NCBI RefSeq assembly: GCF_001194135.2 | Contig: NC_068984.1 | Span: 119,449,943 to 119,513,942, forward strand | DNA: 64,000 nucleotides | Reading direction: 5' to 3' | Source: Octopus bimaculoides | Lineage: Eukaryota | Program-made: the position numbers and the translations under genes | Shown: piece after piece, positions 38,201-48,000 of the stretch | How positions within the stretch are numbered: the first letter of the stretch is position 1 | Layout: the number at the start of each line of letters is the position of its first letter | The notes under the pieces: generated by a model | Told to the model about the DNA's origin: nothing | The model's input: only the letters and a program-made list of their open reading frames with translations | Database searches by the model: none

Positions 38201-40672
38201 TTAACGTCCGTTTTCCATGCTAGCATGGGTTGGACGATTTGAATGGGGGCTGATGAAACCAGATGGCCACACCAGGCTCCAATCCGATCTGGCAGTTTCT
38301 ACAGTTGGATGCCCTTCCTAACGCCAACCCCTCAGAGTGTAGTGGGTGCTTTTACATGCCACCGGCACGAAGGCCAGTCAGGCGGTACTGGCAACGGCCA
38401 AGCTCGAAATGGTGTATTTTATGTGCCACCCGCACAAGAGCCAGTCCAGCGGCACTGGCAATGATCTTGCTCGAATAGCTATATATATGAATATATATAT
38501 AAAACTTAAGCTAAATTTCTTCAGTTATTATTTGTTGAAAAATGGAAGATATCAGTCTAGTCTGATGAAACGATGATGAGTCATGATAGGGTTAGAATAA
38601 TGTATGAGCTAGGTTTCTTAGAGCACGGGGAAATTTAAATTTTTTATCTTTTGTTAATAATTAGTGAAATTGAAACAAAGGCTAGTAAAATTAAATATCT
38701 ATTTTCCTAAATTGCTATTTCAGGAAATTTATCCTCCAAAGCTTTCTGATTTTGCTTATGTCACTGATGGTGCTTGTTCCGATGCAGAAATTTTGAACCA
38801 AGAACTAGTTATGCTGAAGGTAGGTTTGCTATTAATGTCTTCGAACTCCATTTAACGTCTGTTTTTCATTTTGTTACCTGTTGCATTGCCCTAATTTTGG
38901 TTTTAAATATTTATTTCAGGTACTGAGTTGGGATTTGTCTCCAATGACAGTGACTGCTTGGCTAAATGTCTACCTTCAACTTGTTAATGTTGATAAAATA
39001 GCTGAAGATGGTTTTGATTTCCCACAATATTCCTCAAATGTTTATATTCAAATAGCTCGGGTAAGTTCTATATTGCTGGAAAAAGATTCCTAATTTGGAT
39101 ACTTCACATTGTATTTGCTTGTAAATTGTTAACAATGTTTTGCTTATTATCCCATGTAAAAACTGATCTTTTATTTACATCTTAATCTTGTTTCTCTTTG
39201 CAGTTAATAGATTTGTGTATGTTAGACATTTATTGTCTGCGCTTTACGAGCAGTGTGATAGCATCCTCAGCCTTGTATCATATGGCTTCCAAGTCTGTAG
39301 CATTAGCAGTGTCAGGTAAATTATATCAGCCTTTTTTCTTCTTTTTTATTGGTTTTCACTTTTTGATCTGTTTCTTAGTAGTGGTAGGCTTCAATTATAC
39401 AGAGATATAAAATTCCTTGCTCCCAGAACCTTTAATGTTTTGATTAATCTGTACCCCAGCATTGATTTAACACTCTTATTTTCCTTTCCTTTATCTTTTC
39501 TTTCTTGCATATTTCAGGATTACCTATGGCCAGGTTGCGTCCCTGTATACAGTGGATGAACCCCTATGCTATTACACTTCGCGAGGCAGGTCCAGTAGAA
39601 CTGAAGTTTTTTCCAATGGTGCATATTGATGATAGTCACAATGTTCAAACGCATGCTGTTGATCTAGATTTGTTGGTAAGTTTTAATTGCAAGCTTTTGT
39701 TCTCTCTGATAATGTGGAGGTGCACTTAGTGTTATCCACTTGTGTGCTATACCCCTGAATTCAGCTGATTGTATACTTGTAGGATACCCTATGCAGTATT
39801 CACATCAGCTGTTGTTTGCATCTTTCATCAGTTTCTAGTGAAATAACTGACCTGTAGCACTGCTGGTGGTTATGTGATTAGTAAACTAATACTAGTGGTA
39901 GGGATAATGATATTGGAGCCTACTTTTTCCATCACTTTGATTTGTACTGTGAACTTCTTATATTTACATTAGGTGGACAGTGCTCAAAATTCATACTGTT
40001 TTTAGGTATTGGTGTGGATTTGCTAAAGCAGTTTGATGATAGAGCCTTATCACCACTGTTTTAATGTTTTTTCCATATTTGCTCGGATCAGATGGAATTT
40101 GTTATAGCAGGTTCTCTACTGTTGGATGTCCTTCCTTTTTCTAAGCATAGTTCTATTTCCCCATGGCCAAGCAAGTGACATTCATGCATGTGTAATATAT
40201 ATCCTCATGACCAGGCATGTTTTTAGTGAAAGATTGGATGTTTGCTAGTGACCATCATGGAGGTTCAAGACAAGGACACACACAAATGGGCTTCCTTCAA
40301 TTTCCATCTAAATCCATTCCCAAGGGTTTAGTCACCATATTATTATAGTGGAAGTCACTTGCCATGATGTTGCAGTGGCATGTTTGTGAATTTTGCACAT
40401 TTAAAAATTTTTTCCTTTTGAAGTTATCTGACATTTGGTTTGGTGTTCATTCATATATCTTGACATATTTTTTTTTTCTTCAGGAAAAGGCCCATTTGAA
40501 AGAAGCTGAATTGAAATCAACAATGCAATATGATACGGAGTCCTGTTCAGAAGCTATATTGTTAACCCCTCCACAGAGTGATAAGAAAGAAGTGTCAACC
40601 GATGCATTAATGTCATTATTGTCCACTCCTGACGGATCCTCAGAAGAACTCACATCAACATCATCTCCTTGA
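34010..40672 (+). CDS. CCNE: Cyclin E (G1/S-specific), complete, 10 coding exons, about 436 aa
   Basis: join(34010-34023,34132-34198,34342-34395,35990-36322,37893-38039,38724-38819,38920-39060,39204-39315,39518-39675,40484-40672). All introns are GT-AG and phases are consistent. The protein has [55 protein letters not shown] and C-terminal LLTPPQS, all diagnostic of cyclin E. Confidence 0.97.
34132..34198 (+). CDS. CCNE: Cyclin E exon ([23 protein letters not shown])
   Basis: ttccag acceptor, gtaagt donor, open frame, basic KKRK NLS-like motif. Confidence 0.85.
34342..34395 (+). CDS. CCNE: Cyclin E exon ([18 protein letters not shown])
   Basis: ttccag acceptor, AAG|gtaac donor, 54 nt, phase 0/0. 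Confidence 0.82.
34480..35502. promoter_or_regulatory. Intronic E2F-type sites in cyclin E intron (34396-35989)
   Basis: TTTGGCGC 34480-34487; TTCCGCCAAA (reverse complement TTTGGCGGAA) 35455-35464; GGCGCAAAA near 35495-35503. Cyclin E is an established E2F target. Confidence 0.45.
35990..36322 (+). CDS. CCNE: Cyclin E exon ending in the cyclin-box start [11 protein letters not shown]
   Basis: tttcag acceptor, gtgagt donor; encodes [19 protein letters not shown] and [18 protein letters not shown]. Confidence 0.96.
36648..36850. mobile_element. piggyBac-type MITE (same family, reversed) in a cyclin E intron
   Basis: TTAA-CTCTTTAGC...TACTAAAGGG-TTAA; partial copies near 14920-15125 and 63270-63385. 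Confidence 0.8.
37893..38039 (+). CDS. CCNE: Cyclin E cyclin-box exon ([11 protein letters not shown]...AAKLE)
   Basis: Polypyrimidine tract plus AG at 37891-37892, gtgagt donor, 147 nt. Not in the ORF track; translated by hand. Confidence 0.97.
38189..38470 (-). mobile_element. RTE LINE 3' UTR copy, antisense in a cyclin E intron
   Basis: Reverse complement of the family UTR, between exons 37893-38039 and 38724-38819. Confidence 0.85.
38724..38819 (+). CDS. CCNE: Cyclin E exon (EIYPPKL...ELVMLK)
   Basis: tttcag acceptor, gtaggt donor, 96 nt. Confidence 0.97.
38920..39060 (+). CDS. CCNE: Cyclin E exon ([10 protein letters not shown]...IQIAR)
   Basis: tttcag acceptor, gtaagt donor, 141 nt. 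Confidence 0.96.
39204..39315 (+). CDS. CCNE: Cyclin E exon (LIDLCMLD...LAVSG)
   Basis: ttgcag acceptor, gtaaat donor, phase 1. Confidence 0.95.
39518..39675 (+). CDS. CCNE: Cyclin E exon ([14 protein letters not shown]...[13 protein letters not shown])
   Basis: tttcag acceptor, gtaagt donor; HNVQTH is conserved (human HNIQTH). Confidence 0.95.
40484..40672 (+). CDS. CCNE: Cyclin E last coding exon with Fbw7 phosphodegron LLTPPQS
   Basis: cttcag acceptor; EKAHLK...[11 protein letters not shown]...SSP then TGA at 40670-40672. Confidence 0.95.
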   Translation, partial: EKAHLKEAELKSTMQYDTESCSEAILLTPPQSDKKEVSTDALMSLLSTPDGSSEELTSTSSP

Positions 40673-41239
40673 TCACATAGGGCAGTTTTACCTGACTACA
40701 CATTACATGTTACTTTCTCTTTAATTTGGCTGTGCACTGCTATTGAAGACCTGGCTGAGGCTATTGCAGATAATCCTTAATTCTACAGATTGAATTATAC
40801 ACAGCAGCTCTAAACTTGACAATGTGCTAGCACCTTGGCCTATCCTTCATTTGTCCTATCTTGGATCATTTGCACTATTCCCTGTTAACATACCTGATGC
40901 ATTGCAGACATAAGACAGATTTAAAAAAATATTTTTGTATATCCCTGATGGAATGAATAGATTCATATTTATTTCCTCTGGACAACTTAAAAGTCTTTGT
41001 CCTTCCTCATACCAAATTTATAGATTTTTGCTGCTGATTTCCATCTTAAAGAGAATCTAATGCATGAATGTTAACCTCCCTTCCACCCTCCTTTTTTTTT
41101 TGTGACCAAAAGAGACAACTGAACATTTGAGAATTATTTCTACCTACATCACAAGTTTGTGGTTCATTATATGAAATTTAGTTGGATTTCTTTGCACATT
41201 GAAGACATGGCAATGTGATATGAATTCCATCCTTTTTTT

Positions 41240-41852
41240 TGTAAATATGTTTGTACATACTTCAGTTACCTGGATGGTTTTGACATTCAGGTAATGACTG
41301 TAAATAGGGTTATTTTTCAAAGCATCACATTATTTAAAACAAAAAGTCTATTAAAAAAACAAAAAAAACCTAGTATTTTGCCTGCTCTTTACTGCCATTA
41401 TTCTCTGAATATATCAGTAACTCCTATGTGCAAAGCAGCCTAGTATTGGCTGATGCCCTCCTGAGGACTTTAAAATAGCAAGTGCTGTGAGGGGTGGGTG
41501 GGTAGATAAGTGTATAAAGAGACATGCACTGTAAATAAAAATATTTAAATTAAAAAAACAAAAAAAACTTAGGTGGCTGGTTATAAAACTGAGCAACTAT
41601 TATTTAACGAATGCTGAACATTAAACATTTAACTCGAGGAGTTAACAGTTGTCTTTCATTATATGTTATTACCTGCGTTCAGTGGGAGTAATTTGGTTGT
41701 GAAGCTAAACCTACCGCCCCCTTTATTTTAACTTTTTTTTTTATGTAGAGTATATTAAAGAAGAAAAGTTCTTTCCTCCAAATTGTACTCCTGAACAGAA
41801 CATAAGTTAATTACAGACTTAATGTGCTATTTGGTTATACCTTTTTAATAAA
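41240..41852 (+). promoter_or_regulatory. Cyclin E 3' UTR elements: 4 Pumilio sites, poly(A) hexamers, CPE
   Basis: TGTAHATA at 41240, 41252, 41299 and 41530; AATAAA at 41534 and 41847; TTTTTAAT 41842-41849 overlaps the distal hexamer. Confidence 0.55.
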
Positions 41853-41917
41853 AAAAATCATGAAACAATGTGTTTTTGCAATTTTTTAAAATTAAATACA
41901 ATTTATTAGTGGGATTT

Positions 41918-42037
41918 CTATCTTTGTTGGCGAGATGCCTTAAATTTAGATATCCTTTTGGGTTGTTGAGTTTCATCTGGACTGGTACTGTTTTGGTTGA
42001 TAGTTTCACTTTTTTCAATTACAGTACTGGTAAATGC
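41918..42037 (-). CDS. URI1: URI1 last coding exon with URI box (AFTSTVIEK...KRISKFKASRQQR*)
   Basis: ttctag acceptor at 42039-42038; TAG at 41920-41918. Confidence 0.94.
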   Translation of the reverse strand, partial: AFTSTVIEKSETINQNSTSPDETQQPKRISKFKASRQQR

Positions 42038-45000
42038 CTAGAATAGTAAAAGAGAGAATTTAAGATTTATATGCTGCTTAGTATTAAATAAGGGAGGAAG
42101 ATATGAAAAGGTACTGTATTTTTGTCTTACCTGGGGGGCTGGATAAGATCCTGAATTGGTTTGTTCGCTGGCAGAAGTCCTTTCAGAACCAGTTGTACTA
42201 TAGGTTTCTTCCTTATTTGCAGACTGTTTGTCAGCGGTTCTTGATTTCAATATTGATTTTGGCTCTGATGGAAACATTTTATAAATGTCTGATGGACTGC
42301 AAATTGGAGATTTAACTTGCTCTGAAGTTGTATCCATGAACTGTAGCTGAAAAAAAAAAAGTGTGTGGAAATAACATTCAACAGTGAGTCTTAGGTGATC
42401 CAAATTCAACTTCCAGCTGTAACTATGCTACGTGCCTAATTACCCCACAGGAAAAACCATGGATGTAGCAATTTTCTGTTGCCTTGAGTCTGCAAACTAA
42501 CAACCAAAGTAAGTTGATCAAAATCTTGTGAGGAATTCGATCCATACCTGCCAAGGAAAAGAAGGTAGTAAACTAACATCATTTGAGAAGCAGGTCACAG
42601 ACATTCTTATCACATTGGCTGTACTAGAGAAAAACTGAAGGTAATTTCCTTTTCATTCGATGCACCATTCTGGAAGTTCTGCAGGCTGCCCCGAAATTAA
42701 GGTTTATTTTGATTAATTTTTTACAATGACACCTCCAATCACCTAAGTTAGGCAATGTCAAGCCTACTTAGTACTTAGATGGGTGACTGCTTGGGGAAAC
42801 CTAGGTGCAAGTGTAGCTGTTAAGAAGCTTGGTTCCAGCTTCAATGGCACTTTCAGCAAGTCTTTGGCTGACAATAGCCTTGACTGGGTTTGGCAGATGG
42901 AAACTCAAAGAAGCCTGTTGTATACATATCTGTGTTTGGTTATCAAGTGGTGATGGGGAATTGTTAGCGTCGCTGTATCTTAGTGGTTTGGCAAAAGACC
43001 AATAGAATAAGTACCAAGCTTTAAAAAAACAGAAAGGGAAACACGAGGGTCAATTCATTAAACTAAAATGTCAAAGCATAGCTGCAGTTTAATGACTGAA
43101 ACAAATATGAGTTAATGTGAGATCTAGGGGATTATAGAACTTGGGTCAGTGAATATGTCATCAGCCTGTACTGTGCCAAAATGTTTCTGAAATTACATTA
43201 TCCAAAAAATCTTTATTGGTTGTATTTCATAATGGGCAGAGGACACTATGGAGGTACACTCTTGGTATGAAAAATTGGTAAAGATTATTGCTAGGAATAT
43301 AGTACCACTGTTGTCAACTTAAAAATCCATACAAAAACTGTACAGGCACTGATTTATTATATTGCTTGAAAGGATGTCAGAATTCAATAAAACTTTCTGG
43401 CAGAGTTTTCTAGTGATGGCTTCTATACATAGTTGCTTAACCTAGTCTTAGTCAAATCTTTGGGATACTTCATTGCTTTCTATTAGGACAGGGTACATAC
43501 ACAAATGTCTTGGGTACACTCCACTTTCAATAACCAGGATTTAATTGTTTAATCAATTGCTTGAAGAGGATGAACCGGATTACTTGCTCACTGAATCAGC
43601 ATGTAGATAGGCTGAGCATTCTACAGTCACATGTATCCGTAAATGTAATTCTTGGGCAGAATTAGCGAAACAAGGATTTGAGAGATACAAACCAACAAGC
43701 TTCTGTAATTTTCATTCACTCAATGTATGGGGATATCCAAGGCTGTAGAAAATGGTCCAAATTGTCATATAGTGAGATGAAGCCTTAGAGCCTCATAGTT
43801 GCAAAGCATCCTACCTATCCTTAATCAGAAGTGGTAATCATAGCTGGAGTACCTTTGATCACAGGTCTGGTCTATCAAGGCTGATCTGGAGCTAGAAATG
43901 AGTTTCAAACCACAATGAAAGCCAGACTCATTCTTTTAAAAGGGTACAGGTGTAACTAGTTCAGTTTGATTCCCAACCACATGGTTTCAGATTCAGTCCC
44001 ACTGTGTGGTACCTTAGGCAAGTGTTTTCTATTATAGCCCCAGGCCAATTAATGCCTTGTGAATGAATTTGATAGATGGAAACTGAAAGAAGCCCATCAT
44101 ATATGATGCATATATGAATGTCACTGCAGTGTCATTTATTTCCAATAATCTGCAAAATCATGTCAGTTGATGGGAAACTATTATTTTGTAAAGGGAAAAT
44201 ATGTACAGCATGTATGAGGAAAAGGGGCCAGGAAGGAAATAATAAGTAGAGAGAATCATTGAAGGAAAGAGAAGTATAGGGACAGGCCAAAAGGAGGTGA
44301 TAGGAAAGACGTTAGTGGGTAAGAGATGCTGCAGGGCACTATAGAAGTAGGAAGAAAAGCAGAAGAAGAGAGTGTGAATGCTGCAAAGCATGCCAGATGG
44401 AGACTGAGATAGGAGAACAGTGAGTGGATGCGTGTTGTTCGTCCGTTGGAACGACGAGGACCATCTGATCATCCTAGAGAGGGGTGGGGAGATGGCTAAT
44501 AAGCCCAATCTGTGCTTGGAAAGATCTGCTACAGTAGGGACAGGTAATGGTAGCAGGTGCCAGGGGCTTCAAAGCATTGTTCTTTCTGTTCTGCCTGCGC
44601 TTCTCTGCAGCAGCTTTCCTGTCACTTTCATATTGGCGGGCACCGTTGTGAACAGCGGCCCGCCACTTGGTCCTATCTAAAACTGTCTGCTCCCATGATG
44701 ACGGGTCAATATTGAAGGCCTTTAGTGATACCTTTAGGCTGTCTTTAAACTGTTTCCTCTGGCCGCCATGGGAGGGCTTGCCGTGCTGGAGTTCACCAAA
44801 CAAAAGCTTCTTGGGTATTCTGTAGTCTGGCATGCGGGCTACATGACCAGCCCAGTGAAGCTGAGTTTTCATCAGGATGGTAGGGATGCTTGGGAGCCTG
44901 GCATGAGTAAGGACTTATGTGTCTGGTATCCTTTCCTGCCACCTTATGCCAAGTAGTTTCCTCAGCCTGGTGGTGTGGAAGTGATTTAGTCTTTTGGTGT

Positions 45001-48000
45001 GGCGTTGGTAGACGGTCCACGACTCACATCCATAGAGTACAACAGCTTTGTAGACCTTGATCTTTGTCATGGAGGTGATGCCTCTTCTGTCCCATACATT
45101 CTTGTGGAGTCTACCGAAGGCAGCACTTGCTTTGGCGAGTCTGGTGTTGATCTCATTGTCAATGACTACATTGTGGGAAAGCGTACTGCCAAGGTAGGTG
45201 AATTTGTCAACTGCATTGAGTCTTTGCCCATTGATGGAAATGTTGGGTTCTACATATGGTTTTCCTGGCGCGGGTTGGTGCATCACCTCGGTCTTCTTTG
45301 TACTGATTGTGAGACCGAAGTTGTCACAGGCTTCCGAGAATATATCTGCACTGCGTTGCATGTTCGCCTCAGAGGTAGCGTTTAGGGTACAGTCATCAGC
45401 AAACAGAAAGTCATTGATTGTGTCTGATGTAACTTTGGATTTTGCTCGTAGCCTCCTGAGGTTGAAAACTGATCAAATATGTACCTGATTCCAATGCCCA
45501 CATCAGCGTCTCCGAAGGCGTCCGTCAGCGTTGCAGAGAACATGAGGCTGAACAGGGTAGCAGCTAAAACACACCCCTGTTTTACTCCATTTGTGACTTC
45601 AAAAGGGTCAGAGGTCTCCCCACTATCTTGTACTCTGGCCAGCATTCCATCACGAAATTGGCGTGTGATGGCGATGAATTTTCTAGGACACCCATACTTT
45701 GCCATGATTCTCCAGAGGCCTTCTCTGCTTACAGTGTCAAAGGCTTTGGTCAGATCAACATAAGTGGAGTATAGATCCACGTTTTGTTCTTGGTACTTTT
45801 CTTGGAGCTGCCTGGCAGCAAACACCATATCAATAGTACTGCGATCCTTGCAGAATCCACATTGGCTCTCTGGTAAGAGGTCTTTTTCCAGATGAACTAT
45901 GAGCCTGTTCAGCAGTACTCTGGCCAGTACCTTGCCTGCAATGGATAACAGGGATATCCCCCGATAGTTATCGCAGGCCTGGCAGTTTCCTTTATGCTTG
46001 TAAAGATGTATGATAGGCATCTTTGAAGTCTTGGGGGAGTACCTCCTCCTGCCAGATGAGGTGGAAAAGCTGTTGGAGTTTCTCAGTCAGGGTCCTGCCG
46101 CCCTCTTTATAGATCTCAGCTGGAATAGAGTCTGAGCCAGGCGCTTTCCCGGTGGACAACAGGCATATTGCTTTCTCAATTTCTTCGAGGGTTGGGAGTT
46201 CATCCATTTCCTTGTTTACAGTGTTTACTGAGTGGATGCAGTGATGGCAAGAAAGGCTAGAGGACATTCTAGAGGTGTTAAGAATGAGCAGTGAGATAAG
46301 GGTAACCTACAGAGAGTATGTGCTGTGAGTGATGAAGAGGTAGAAGTCATAGAGGAAGAGGTGTAAAGTGAAGCTATATATATAAAATATATATAGGTAT
46401 CTTCTGGGAAGGTAACAGTGATGGGGTAGGTGGTGTGGGCATACAGACTAGTCACTAATGACTTTAGACTTCAGGCCAGAAGGATGCCAAGAAGCAGAGC
46501 TATCTGGAAAAGAAGGATTTGGAAGCTTATGGACCCATCATATGGTCAGAGATTTAAAGACACCCTAATTGAGAAATTTGATGAGAGGGAGGAGGAACTA
46601 GACTTATAACATAGAGGGCAACTGGGAATTCCTGCAGGACAGCTTGCTGAGTGCCACAGACCAAATCTGCGGCTGGTGCAAAGTCCCATCCAGACCTAGG
46701 ATGATGTGGTGATGGAACAATACTGCAGACAAGGCCATTAGAGCAAAGAAACAGGACTGGAAGTGTAGGGGTAGCCAGAAAGGAAGCTAGGAGACAGGTA
46801 TGTCTAGCCAGGGGAGAGCAGAAAAGAAGTCTGCAACATGAGGACCAGAGACTTGATGCATTTTGGATTGTAAATCAGTGTGTGAGAGAAAATCGTGAGG
46901 TCACAGGAGAGAAATGTGTCTGCATGGATGATGGTGCACTTGCATTTAATGATTTTACAAAGAGGCTTGGAAATGCCATTATGAAAGGCTGCTAAACGTG
47001 GAGAATGGGAGAAAAATCTGCTAAATGTTGACCTAACTGAGGGACCAGCTATCCGAATCGAGAGTAGCTTGGTAGAAAAAGCGATGAAGGGCATTAAGAT
47101 AAGCCCCTGGCCCATCAGGAAACACTGCTGAAATGCTTAAAATATCTGGCAGAGTAGGATATAGCCTAGTCACCCATATAGTTAATCGGGTTGTCTACGA
47201 GGGAGTCATACCTACCGATTGATGTAGTAGCATTATAGTCAACTGCTGCAAAGGGTGATGACTTAGAAATAATTACAGAGCATCAAATTGCTGGACAAGG
47301 TGATGGAACAGAAAAGGTCATAGCTTAGTTAATTAGGAAGAGAGCCAGTGTAGATGAGATGCAGTTTGGATTTATGCCAGGCAGGAGCACAACTGATGCT
47401 ATATTCCTGGTTAGGTGACTGCAGGAGAAATGTCTAGCCAAAAATTAACCCCTGTGCCTGGCTTTTGTCAACATGGAGAAAGCCTTTGACAGAGTCTCCT
47501 ACTGCCTTATCTGGTGGTTAATGTGGAAGCTAGGGATAAATGAGTGATTGGTGAGAGCTGTACAAGCCATGCACGGGGATGCTGTCAGTAAACTGGAGGT
47601 TAGCAACGATTATAGCAATGAATACACAAACATACAAGCTCTGTAAAGTGGTTGGCATCAGAAAGAGCAGCCAGCTGTAAAAACCATGCCAATGATGACA
47701 GCAAGGCTTGGTGCAGTCCTTTGGCTAACAGCTCTTGTCAAACCATCCTGTCCATGCCAACATAGAAAACAGGCATTAAATGATGATGATGATATATCAC
47801 AGCTTCTTAAACACCACACTTGTGTTAGAACGCACTTCCATAGTACCACATACCACTTGTCATTTGCCATCTCTTCCATGCAAATTAGTATCCTCAGGTC
47901 AGCCTTCACCAGTTTGTCCTAGATGTTCCTTGGTCTTCCTCTTTCACAAGTTCCACTAACTTCAAGTGCTCAGCACTTTTGTATGCAGTAGTTATCCTTT

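Noticed and set aside
39676-40483. Intronic snoRNA in the last cyclin E intron
   Set aside because: No convincing paired C/D boxes with a terminal stem, and no H/ACA structure.
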